This document shows, piece by piece, positions 16,550 to 24,413 of a DNA stretch of 24,413 bases (positions are counted from its first letter, which is position 1; every line of letters starts with the position of its first letter). Origin of the DNA: a virus (lineage: Duplodnaviria > Caudoviricetes); IMG/VR virus record IMGVR_UViG_3300037422_000484, positions 1 to 24,413 of that record, one strand, 5' to 3'. The notes beneath the pieces were generated by a model. The model made no database searches. It saw nothing but the letters and a program-made list of their open reading frames with translations, and was not told the DNA's origin. Made by a program: the position numbers and the translations under genes.

Positions 16550-17889
16550 GCGAGTCGGTGGTGAAGCAAGCGAAGGCCACAACGGATATTCAAACTCTCA
16601 TTTTTGATAAGGACATCTTCACCCGTGATGGGGCGACCCGGTGGGCGGAGGATCACGATTTCAGATTCGACAAGATTGATGAGACCGAGGACAGCTATCG
16701 GTTGAGGCAAAAGGATCCCGGGAGGTTCAAGACTTTTAGGACCATCTCTCTACGCGATGGCATCAAGGCCGTAGTCGCGAAGGACGGATCGGAGGTTGTC
16801 GAAAAAGGTTTTCTGAACGGAAATCCTGAGGGCGGCATGCACGCCCACGTTCTTGACCGAAACGCGAAGAGGACGCTCCGGGATGGCGCCCATAGGCACG
16901 CGTTTCTCCTTCCGGATGGGGGAATCATTGTCACCGAAGAGAATGGCGAGCATGTCCATGATCTCGAATCCGTGGATGATGACTATAGTCTCGGATTCGA
17001 TCCTGGAAGCCGCGCAGAGCACTCCCATAAGGTCATGATGAACATCGAGGGCGAGACGATCGAGACCGAGGCGGGCGGAAACCATGAGCATGAGCTTATG
17101 GCGGAGACGTCTGGGTTTGATGGGCTCCACACGCACGAGCTCGTGCTCGAGGACGGCACTCGCCTCATATCCTTGACCCCTGGAGATTGGGTTAAGCATC
17201 GCGGCGCTCCTGCGTTTGATTTGCCGCCATCTCCACCGGCTAGCGGATACACCAGCGTAATGGCTCAGGCCATCGCGCAGGCCCTCATGCTCGTCGGCAA
17301 AGAAAGGGAAGGTGTCGAAATGGCTGAGGTCAGCGACGCTGATGCCGTCGCGCTCGCAGCACTTGGCATTTCGGTAGCCAAGGAGGGATATGGAAGCCCT
17401 CCCCATGAGCAATCCGAGGAAAAGAAGAAAAAAAAGAAGCGCAAGAAACGCGCAGACATGGTGCGTTCTGAGATCGAAAAAGAGTGGGAGCACGAGGATG
17501 CACCTACTGAATCGAAACTGCTCTCACGGGTTCGCATTCTCAAGAAACGAAAGCGTGATCAGGTCATCTATGGTGTTGTTTTGGAACCGGAAACGGTCGA
17601 TGCACAGGGAGACATTATCTCGAAAGAGGAGATAGGTCGGGCGATGCATTTCTATATGAAGAACTCTCGCGTCGTTGGGATGCGCCACAAGGATGTTGCG
17701 AACGGCACCACCGTTGTGGAATGCTTCCAGGCGCCACACGACATCATCGTGGGAAGTCAGGTCGTCAAAGACGGATCATGGGTTCTCGGCGTCCACGTGG
17801 AGGACAAAAAAACATGGGGACACATCGAGAGCGGAGCCCTCAACGCGTTCAGCGTCGGAGGATGGGCGTTGCGAAGACCTGAAAGATAG
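16546..17889 (+). CDS. XkdF-like prohead serine protease with N-terminal accessory and His-repeat domains
   Basis: SD AGGAGG and ATGA overlap; C-terminal VIYGVVLEP..VDAQGD...H...VE...GSWV...W..I..G.LNAFSVGG. Confidence 0.88.
   Translation: MSESVVKQAKATTDIQTLIFDKDIFTRDGATRWAEDHDFRFDKIDETEDSYRLRQKDPGRFKTFRTISLRDGIKAVVAKDGSEVVEKGFLNGNPEGGMHAHVLDRNAKRTLRDGAHRHAFLLPDGGIIVTEENGEHVHDLESVDDDYSLGFDPGSRAEHSHKVMMNIEGETIETEAGGNHEHELMAETSGFDGLHTHELVLEDGTRLISLTPGDWVKHRGAPAFDLPPSPPASGYTSVMAQAIAQALMLVGKEREGVEMAEVSDADAVALAALGISVAKEGYGSPPHEQSEEKKKKKKRKKRADMVRSEIEKEWEHEDAPTESKLLSRVRILKKRKRDQVIYGVVLEPETVDAQGDIISKEEIGRAMHFYMKNSRVVGMRHKDVANGTTVVECFQAPHDIIVGSQVVKDGSWVLGVHVEDKKTWGHIESGALNAFSVGGWALRRPER
16831..17145 (+). 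repeat. six HxH peptide repeats within the protease gene
   Basis: GMHAH, GAHRH, GEHVH, AEHSH, GNHEH, GLHTH. Confidence 0.8.
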
Positions 17890-18025
17890 GTGACAATATA
17901 TCGGAGGGGGAGTTACCATTCCTAAGCGACTCTTCAATCTAGAAGCCCTCGAGGTAAGCCTAGTACCCGAAGGCGCGAATGAGAAGAGATTCCTTCTCTT
18001 AAAACAGAAAAACGGGGGCGATCAA

Positions 18026-18796
18026 ATGCCGAACAAAGCAAACCTCGAGGAAGTTGTTAAGGGACTCCTCAGCACCGACATTGACGACGCGAAAGTCGAA
18101 GAGGTGCTCAAGGCAAAAGGGTATTCCGAGAAACAGATCCAGGTTTTGAAGGCCAAACTCAAACTTTTGGCCTCGGTGAAGGACGAGCTCCCCGCGGGCG
18201 TGAATGTCCTCAAAGATCTGGCCGAACTCTCCGGCCTCGAGTTGCCAGAAGTTGAGGTCGAAAAGAGCAAAAAAGAGCCGGCCGCAGAAACGGATCCGGC
18301 GCTCATCGATCTCGCGAAAGTCTCGAAGGAGCTCCAGCCTCAGGTTGCTGCTCTTATCCAGAAGAACAAAGAACTCGCCGAACAGGCGTCGCGAACCTCA
18401 GGCACTCTCGCCGAGGAAATCAGCCGCCGAATCACAAAAGAATTCATTCAAAAAGCCAAAACCGAACTTCCCGATGTCGCTCCCGATGCCGATGCATTCG
18501 GCCCGGTGATGAAGGAAGCCAAGGAGAAGCTAAGCGAAGCGCACTATACGCTTCTTGAGGCGGTTCTGAAGGCTGCGAACGCGAAAATCGCGGAAGGCGC
18601 TCTTTATGAGAATTTTGGAACCGGCCGAGCCGTCTCTGCCGGCACCGCAATGGGCAAGATTCAAGTCCTTGCCGAGAAGGTGGCGAAGGAAAAGAACATT
18701 TCTTACGCGTTGGCGGAGGTAGAGATCATCACGAAGACCGCGGAAGGTCAGAAACTCTACGAAGAATATCGCACTGAGAAAGAAGGAGCACGCTAA
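18026..18796 (+). CDS. capsid scaffolding protein (longer form may start at ATT 17918)
   Basis: K/E/A-rich helical protein between protease and capsid genes; GGGGG SD. Confidence 0.75.
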   Translation: MPNKANLEEVVKGLLSTDIDDAKVEEVLKAKGYSEKQIQVLKAKLKLLASVKDELPAGVNVLKDLAELSGLELPEVEVEKSKKEPAAETDPALIDLAKVSKELQPQVAALIQKNKELAEQASRTSGTLAEEISRRITKEFIQKAKTELPDVAPDADAFGPVMKEAKEKLSEAHYTLLEAVLKAANAKIAEGALYENFGTGRAVSAGTAMGKIQVLAEKVAKEKNISYALAEVEIITKTAEGQKLYEEYRTEKEGAR

Positions 18797-19170
18797 TGGC
18801 ATTCGAAGGACATGGAGTAAAATTGGTCGGCGGTGTTGCTGGTGCGGATCTTTCTGCCAAGCAATATTACGCGGTGAAACACAGCTCCAGCGGATTGGTG
18901 CTTGCCGGATCGGGCGAACAAATCGCCGGCATTCTTCAAGACAAGCCGGTCTTAGGCGATCCCGCTGAGGTCGCCAAGGGCGGTTGCGGGGTTTCGAAGG
19001 CGGTTGTTGGGGCTGCGGTTCTAAAGGGAGCCGAGCTCATGTCTAATGCGAGCGGAAAGCTCGTGACCGCAACTTCCACCAACAGGATTGTCGCCTACGC
19101 GATGGAAGCGGGCGGCGCCGATGGCGATATCATCACCGTTGACCTCGTCAACGCGGGAACCAAAGCATAA
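18796..19170 (+). CDS. capsid decoration/cement protein (DUF2190-like)
   Basis: AGADLS..QY.AVK...GILQDKP..G..A.V...G.SK...G....A.EA....GDII.V; precedes the major capsid gene. Confidence 0.82.
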   Translation: MAFEGHGVKLVGGVAGADLSAKQYYAVKHSSSGLVLAGSGEQIAGILQDKPVLGDPAEVAKGGCGVSKAVVGAAVLKGAELMSNASGKLVTATSTNRIVAYAMEAGGADGDIITVDLVNAGTKA

Positions 19171-19184
19171 TTTAGGGGGATCAA

Positions 19185-20138
19185 ATGCCGCAACCTACCA
19201 AGAGTGATGTTCATGTTGACCGGCCGCTAACCAACATGTCCGTTGCGTTCCTTCAGGACCAACGGGATTTTGTGGCGTCACGGGTCTTCCCGATGCTTCC
19301 GGTGGCGAAGCAGTCGGATCAGTTCTTCGTCTACGATAAAAAGCAATGGTTCCGTTCGGACTCGCAGAAGCGGGCCCCCGGAACCCCGTCTGCGGGCAGC
19401 GGCTACACGCTGAGCACGGATTCGTACCGTGCCGACGTGTGGGCGGTGCACAAGGATGTGGACGATCAGACTCGAGCTAACGCGGATGTTCCGATCAACG
19501 TCGACCGCGAAGCCGTGGACTTCGTGATGCAGCAGCAGCTCATCCGCAAGGAAAAGGAATGGATGGCCGCGTACTTCACGACCGGCATCTGGTCCTCGGA
19601 CTTTACACCAGGTACCCTGTGGAGTGCAGCTTCGAGCGATCCGATCAAGGATGTTCGAGCCCAGAAGCGGGTGATTTTTCGTCAAACTGGACGCATGCCG
19701 AACAAGCTTGTGGTTTCGCCGGACGTCGATGACATCCTGAAAGATCATCCGACCATCGTTGAGCGCATCAAATACACCCAGTTCGCGGACGTCGATAATC
19801 AAATCCTCGCGCGTCTGCTCGGCCTGGAAGAGTATTTGGTCGCGAACGCCATCGAGGACATGGAGCCCGAGAGCGAGGGCGGAGTGGAAGATCTTCAGCA
19901 TCTCGCTAGCAAGGACGCTCTCTTGGTATATGCGGCGCCTCGGCCCGGAATCATGACACCATCAGCCGGATACACGTTCGCGTGGACCGGACTCTTCGGC
20001 GCCAGTGAGCAAGGCAACCGAATCAAGCGCTTCCGCATGGAAGAGCTCGCCTCGGATCGCGTCGAGAGCGAAATGGCGTGGGACCTCAAGCTCGTATCTC
20101 CTGAACTCGGGATCTTTTTCAACAACGCCATCGCGTAA
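19185..20138 (+). CDS. major capsid protein (HK97 fold, lambda gpE-like group)
   Basis: VHVD.PLTN.SVA......FVA..VFP..PV.KQS, WS...SDPI.D, PSAGYTF; size and position fit. Confidence 0.9.
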   Translation: MPQPTKSDVHVDRPLTNMSVAFLQDQRDFVASRVFPMLPVAKQSDQFFVYDKKQWFRSDSQKRAPGTPSAGSGYTLSTDSYRADVWAVHKDVDDQTRANADVPINVDREAVDFVMQQQLIRKEKEWMAAYFTTGIWSSDFTPGTLWSAASSDPIKDVRAQKRVIFRQTGRMPNKLVVSPDVDDILKDHPTIVERIKYTQFADVDNQILARLLGLEEYLVANAIEDMEPESEGGVEDLQHLASKDALLVYAAPRPGIMTPSAGYTFAWTGLFGASEQGNRIKRFRMEELASDRVESEMAWDLKLVSPELGIFFNNAIA

Positions 20139-20147
20139 TGGTGATTG

Positions 20148-20420
20148 ATGCTTGTTGCACAAAAGATGCTGCAGTTCACTGATCGAGTCATCCAGAAGGG
20201 TGAGTCGGTGCCGGAGTCGTACTTTAAGGGTGCGAATCGCGTGCTTCGGTCTCACCTGAATCTCGGATGGATCAAGAGGGTCGAGGGGAACGCGGCGACC
20301 CAGAAGCACCCGTCGACTTCGTCAACCAAGGGGAAGAAGTCAGATGGGATGGTCCTACAGCAACAGCCCGCAAAAAAGCGACAGAGACGCCGTCAGGCTG
20401 CTCGTCGGAGACACGGATAG
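20148..20420 (+). CDS. small post-capsid protein (possible head packaging/completion accessory)
   Basis: KGESVP....L.LGWI pattern common in genes just after capsid genes; basic tail. Confidence 0.55.
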   Translation: MLVAQKMLQFTDRVIQKGESVPESYFKGANRVLRSHLNLGWIKRVEGNAATQKHPSTSSTKGKKSDGMVLQQQPAKKRQRRRQAARRRHG

Positions 20421-21045
20421 CGCCGACAAGCTATTGAGCAACGAGGAGATCGAGTATTTCCTCGCCCAGGAAGGCTCCGTCTCGCGTGCGGCCAGGCTTG
20501 CCGTCACAACCCTCATCGCTAAATTCTCACGCTTAGCTGACGAGTCAGTCGGCCAAGTCAAAGTCAATTTTTCAAAGCGCGTCGAAAACCTCATGTCGCT
20601 CTCGAAGGAACTCGAGAAGCGGGCCGCTGTCGTAGGCGTGGAGTGGATAGCCGGAGGCATCACCCACACCGACAAAGCGAAGTCCGCCGACGATCCTGAT
20701 ATCGTACAGCCATTCTTCGACCGCGAGCTTCACAATAAGCGTAGCCCGACCGGAGGGGAATCCGGGGGCGATCCAAAATTCATCGAGAAGGAGTCTACCG
20801 TGGAGGCGAACACGATTTCGGTACCCTCTGGCGCCACCCAGATCGAGGTGCTCCTCGCATTCCCGCAGGTCAGCGCCGACTACATCATCCATGCGCAGTG
20901 GGAAAACTCGGTCGACCCGAGTCCGCAGTTCCAGAACATCGTCGTCATCGACAAGCAAAATGACAGGTTCACGCTGGCGTGGAACTCTGAGCTTCTGACC
21001 TCTAACTACAAGATCTCGTATTCGATCGAGGAGAAGAGGGTGTGA
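20344..21045 (+). CDS. head-tail adaptor fused to a C-terminal beta-rich (H-type-lectin-like) domain
   Basis: WSY...DAVRLLVGDTD....LSNEEI adaptor-type N-terminus; GGESGG linker; about 80-aa beta domain. Confidence 0.72.
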   Translation: MGWSYSNSPQKSDRDAVRLLVGDTDSADKLLSNEEIEYFLAQEGSVSRAARLAVTTLIAKFSRLADESVGQVKVNFSKRVENLMSLSKELEKRAAVVGVEWIAGGITHTDKAKSADDPDIVQPFFDRELHNKRSPTGGESGGDPKFIEKESTVEANTISVPSGATQIEVLLAFPQVSADYIIHAQWENSVDPSPQFQNIVVIDKQNDRFTLAWNSELLTSNYKISYSIEEKRV

Positions 21046-24000
21046 TGCTGAAGATCCTTTTATTCATACTCACCGCAATAGCCATCGGATTCCCCCGGCA
21101 GGCCTTGCCGGGGGACTTCTTCCAGCAGGGAGCGCTCATCCAGCAGGCCGCGGTGATAACGACCAGCGGCGGCAACACCACGCTGAGCTCGGTATCCCGG
21201 ACGAACCAAGTCTTCGTCGGATCCATGAACCACACGGTGACGCTACCGAACGCCACGAATCTCGTCGAATTCCGATCTTTCAAGATACACAATCGCTCGA
21301 CCGGAACCGTGACGGTAAACTTTTCGGACGCATCCTTGGCTCAGACGCTCTCTCCCGGGACCGACGCCGAGTTTCTGGCCACCAATATCGGGACCCCCGT
21401 TGGAGTCTGGTCAGGTGATTTGCCAACCCCAGATCTGGAAGCGATCGGATCCGATCTTCTTTTCGTCCCTGACGATACATTTGATATTGGCGCCACAACA
21501 TCTGGGCGGCCGAGCATTGTCTACTCTGGTACTGGGTGGAATATCGCGAACAGTGGGCTTTCTGCGGATTCCGAGGGCCTGACCTTCACAACCCAGGCAG
21601 GAGTCCCAGCTACTCCGGCGGCGGGGAAGCTGAAAGTCGGAGCAAAGACGAGTGGGCACTTGTCTCTCGTGAATAGCTCTGGAGATGAGCGGCTGACCGC
21701 GATCTATGAGACCGCCGGAACCGATAACCGGATCGTTAGGTGGAGCACCGGAGGAGAGATCCAGGATAGCCTCATCGAGGTACCCGACACCGGAAGTCTC
21801 CTCCAGGTCGTGAACCTGCCAGTCGCTTCGCTCTTCCATCAGGTGGAGAACACTTCCATTGTCTCGGGATCGGACGCCTACGTGCGCGCGGCCGCGGCCG
21901 CGGGAGATGCCTATATCGATATCGATGGCGGTGGCCAATATCAACTGGGCTCCCCTGAGGGGCTCGACGTCTTCGATCTCCGCCACGGGACCCTCACGGG
22001 AGGCACTAAATTTCTCCGTGTGGATGGGCCAGCCGACAATATCCAAGTCGGAAACACAGCTGGTGGATACGCAGTCTTCTATGGACCACTCAGCGGATCC
22101 CAGCCATCAGATATCGAGTTTAGGAGCGCCGTCTCCGATGTGAACGTATCGATTGAGGACACCGGCGAGGTTGATATTCTCCGCGGCGTTCTCGATATGA
22201 ACGTCCACAAGGTGGTCAATGTCGTTGATCCCACTTCCGCACAGGACGCCTCCACGAAGGCATATTCGGATGCGGGGGATGCGGCAGTATCGCTCTCAGC
22301 GATACTCCGAAACGGTACTCAGGCTCCAACCGCGAACATTTCTTGGGGAGGTTTCCGGATCACGAGTTTAGCCGATCCGGTGGGCGCACAGGATGCGGCC
22401 ACGAAATTCTACACGGACGTCGAAATCTCGACTCTTTCCGCAGCCTCTATGCTTCTTAATGGCAGCCAAGCCATGACCGGAAACATGAATCTTGGTGGGA
22501 ATTTGATCACTAGCGTGGCGGATCCCTTGGCCGCGCAGGATGCGTCCACAAAGGCCTATACCGATGCCGGAGATGCTACGGTTTCGCTTTCAGCCATCCT
22601 TCGGAACGGCACACAGGCCCCGACGGCAGATATCCCACTTGGAGGATTCAAGATCACGGGGCTCGCAATCCCAACACTCGCAACCGATGGAGCCAATAAA
22701 GGCTATGTCGATGGAGAAGTCGCAACGCTTTCCGCCGCATCGATGCTTTTAGATGGAAGCCAGGCCATGACGGCCGCCATGAATCTTGGTGGAAATCTCA
22801 TCACAAACGTCGCGGATCCGCTGGCGGCCCAGGACGCATCGACGAAGGCATACACAGATGCAGGAGATGCGGCCGTATCGCTTTCCGCGATCCTAAGAGA
22901 CGGATTACAGGCCCCCACCGCGAATATTCCTTGGGGCGGATTCAAAATCACAGGTTATGGCACCCCGACTGCGGCGGACGACGTCACAGATAAGGCTTAC
23001 GTGGATGCCGGGGATGCCGCTGGATCATCGGCTGCGATTCTTCGGGACGGAACACAACCGCCTACGGCAGATATTTCGTGGGGGAACTTCCGGATTACAT
23101 CATTGGCGGATCCTACGGCCGCCCAGGACGCGGTAACCCGCAGCTATGCGGATACCAATTATCTGCAGGTCGACGGCGGCAACTCAATGCTAGCGACCCT
23201 CAATGTCGTTACATCCGCTGGCCCCCATCTCGTGCTCGAGGACGGCGGGACCTTTGGAACCAACGCAGACCCATATCTGTCGCTTCAGGATAACCTCTCT
23301 GAGGGCGCTCGGATTGGGTTCACAAGCCCGACATCTCTAAATCTGGGAATCACGAATCTGCTCGCGGGCTCTATTGTTCTCAACACTAACTCAATTCAGA
23401 TCGCAGATTTCACATCCACGGCGCTGAACATGGCGACGCCGGTTAATATCACCCTCGGCGACGATCTGCTCGCGGTCACCGATCCCATGACTAAATTCAT
23501 GATTCTCGAGGATGACGTCGGATCCTATGTCGCCTTCCGAAGGCCAGATAGCATTTCATCTGGATTTATCTGGAACGAGGGAACAGATGGAGACGGGGCC
23601 CAGCTCCGATATACGTGGACCGGGACCCCATCGACGTCCCAATTCGAGTTTCGATCAAACGCGGCCTCGCTCGCAGCTTTCGCTGGTGATGGAGCGTTCA
23701 CATTTGGCACTGGATCCAAAGCAGAGATGATCCTCTCCTCTGGAGCCACAAACACATCTGTTGTCCGGATGGGGAATAATGATGGCGCTCTCTCGCTGTC
23801 TGGGGATTTGAGCAGCATCCTGGGAGGTAACGCACTCCTCTTTGGGTCCGCGCATTTGACCCGCGCCGGGGACATCGCCCTTCGTAACGCCACGACAGAA
23901 ATTCTGACCTATGACCACTCAGCGCTCAGCCTGACGTTCGGATCCACGGCCACAGACGATTACTATTTCTCATCGGCTGGTGCTGTATCGGCAAACATCT

Positions 24001-24413
24001 TTCACTCCCAGAACGACGCTCGGCTGGCAATACACGGTGGAAGCGTAGCGGGATCAGGGATCCGATTGTTCCTATATGGGGGAGCGCACGCAACGCAAGC
24101 AAATGATTTCAGCTTTGAATCGGGATCGCAAATCGTTCTGTCTTGGGACGACAGCGCGTCCACTATCCAGTATGGACACAACTCAAGCTATATTCACAAC
24201 TTCAATGGCGCGGTATCTCTGACCGGACGTTTAGGCATCGCGGACGGTACGGAGGCTTTGCCGGGACTCTATTGGACCGCGGACACTGATACAGGGCTTT
24301 ACCGATCCGGCGCGAACGCATTTTCCGCTGTGTCGGGTGGAGCCGCAAAGTTTCAAGTCACGGCAACAGGGCTCCGTCTTCTGGGAAATGCCATAAACAA
24401 GGTGCAGATTTTC
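21045..24413 (+). CDS. large trimeric fibre/adhesin-like protein, 3'-truncated (>=1123 aa, not in ORF track)
   Basis: TGATG coupling; open to the window end; YadA-stalk-like repeats; GTEALPGLYW..DTDTGLYR fibre motif; signal-peptide-like N-terminus. Confidence 0.88.
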   Translation, partial: MLKILLFILTAIAIGFPRQALPGDFFQQGALIQQAAVITTSGGNTTLSSVSRTNQVFVGSMNHTVTLPNATNLVEFRSFKIHNRSTGTVTVNFSDASLAQTLSPGTDAEFLATNIGTPVGVWSGDLPTPDLEAIGSDLLFVPDDTFDIGATTSGRPSIVYSGTGWNIANSGLSADSEGLTFTTQAGVPATPAAGKLKVGAKTSGHLSLVNSSGDERLTAIYETAGTDNRIVRWSTGGEIQDSLIEVPDTGSLLQVVNLPVASLFHQVENTSIVSGSDAYVRAAAAAGDAYIDIDGGGQYQLGSPEGLDVFDLRHGTLTGGTKFLRVDGPADNIQVGNTAGGYAVFYGPLSGSQPSDIEFRSAVSDVNVSIEDTGEVDILRGVLDMNVHKVVNVVDPTSAQDASTKAYSDAGDAAVSLSAILRNGTQAPTANISWGGFRITSLADPVGAQDAATKFYTDVEISTLSAASMLLNGSQAMTGNMNLGGNLITSVADPLAAQDASTKAYTDAGDATVSLSAILRNGTQAPTADIPLGGFKITGLAIPTLATDGANKGYVDGEVATLSAASMLLDGSQAMTAAMNLGGNLITNVADPLAAQDASTKAYTDAGDAAVSLSAILRDGLQAPTANIPWGGFKITGYGTPTAADDVTDKAYVDAGDAAGSSAAILRDGTQPPTADISWGNFRITSLADPTAAQDAVTRSYADTNYLQVDGGNSMLATLNVVTSAGPHLVLEDGGTFGTNADPYLSLQDNLSEGARIGFTSPTSLNLGITNLLAGSIVLNTNSIQIADFTSTALNMATPVNITLGDDLLAVTDPMTKFMILEDDVGSYVAFRRPDSISSGFIWNEGTDGDGAQLRYTWTGTPSTSQFEFRSNAASLAAFAGDGAFTFGTGSKAEMILSSGATNTSVVRMGNNDGALSLSGDLSSILGGNALLFGSAHLTRAGDIALRNATTEILTYDHSALSLTFGSTATDDYYFSSAGAVSANIFHSQNDARLAIHGGSVAGSGIRLFLYGGAHATQANDFSFESGSQIVLSWDDSASTIQYGHNSSYIHNFNGAVSLTGRLGIADGTEALPGLYWTADTDTGLYRSGANAFSAVSGGAAKFQVTATGLRLLGNAINKVQIF
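22191..23190 (+). repeat. seven 147-nt (49-aa) coding repeats
   Basis: IT..ADP..AQDA.TK.Y.D core; QD codons at 22242, 22389, 22536, 22830 and 23124, with diverged units between. Confidence 0.9.

Noticed and set aside
17880-17925. Frameshift or readthrough fusing protease and scaffold
   Set aside because: Stops occur in both frames (TAG 17887, TGA 17891), so two recoding events would be needed; SD plus ATT is simpler.
20370-20420. Tat-like Arg-rich peptide KKRQRRRQAARRR
   Set aside because: It lies in the overlap with the adaptor gene and is explained by that frame's codons.
16750-22046. Long antisense ORFs (16750..17493, 19278..19901, 21411..22046)
   Set aside because: They are shadows of well-supported plus-strand structural genes and carry no motifs.
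22191-23190. CRISPR array or DGR template/variable repeats
   Set aside because: The repeats are in-frame coding units with synonymous divergence and no spacers, and no reverse transcriptase or cas gene is present.
1-24413. Host assignment (e.g. Bdellovibrionota) and prophage versus free phage status
   Set aside because: Only suggested by the exported-fibre analogy; no integrase, att site or host gene is present in the window.

Overview
A 24.4-kb segment of a tailed dsDNA phage or prophage with no host housekeeping genes, RNA genes, CRISPR array or IS element recognised. It has three blocks. (1) 1-6223 (+): small early genes, including a dual-HTH regulator, a protein ending in an SSB-type DDDIPF tail, a VRR-NUC nuclease, four small membrane proteins, a metallophosphoesterase and an HExxH protein. 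(2) 6226-~12060 (-): about 20 tightly coupled accessory genes, including DUF3310, a phage Dam-type methyltransferase, an Ead/Ea22-like protein, Zn-finger proteins, an Acb2/Tad1-like hairpin protein and an HU-like peptide. (3) 12202-end (+): a head module (TerS, TerL, DUF935 portal, Mu gpF-like protein, XkdF-like protease, scaffold, DUF2190, major capsid, head-tail adaptor) followed by a >1120-aa fibre ORF that runs off the window and is absent from the ORF track. The most unusual part is the prohead protease locus. Its EVSLV..AN strand sits on a downstream ORF extension that seems to start at ATT, and the protease gene has a His-repeat domain followed by a dnaX-like -1 frameshift signal. Also notable are a signal peptide on the fibre, a lectin-like domain fused to the adaptor, and a GTGAYAC-N4-GTGAYAC motif at three gene starts. 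All family calls come from motif recognition by eye, not from database searches.
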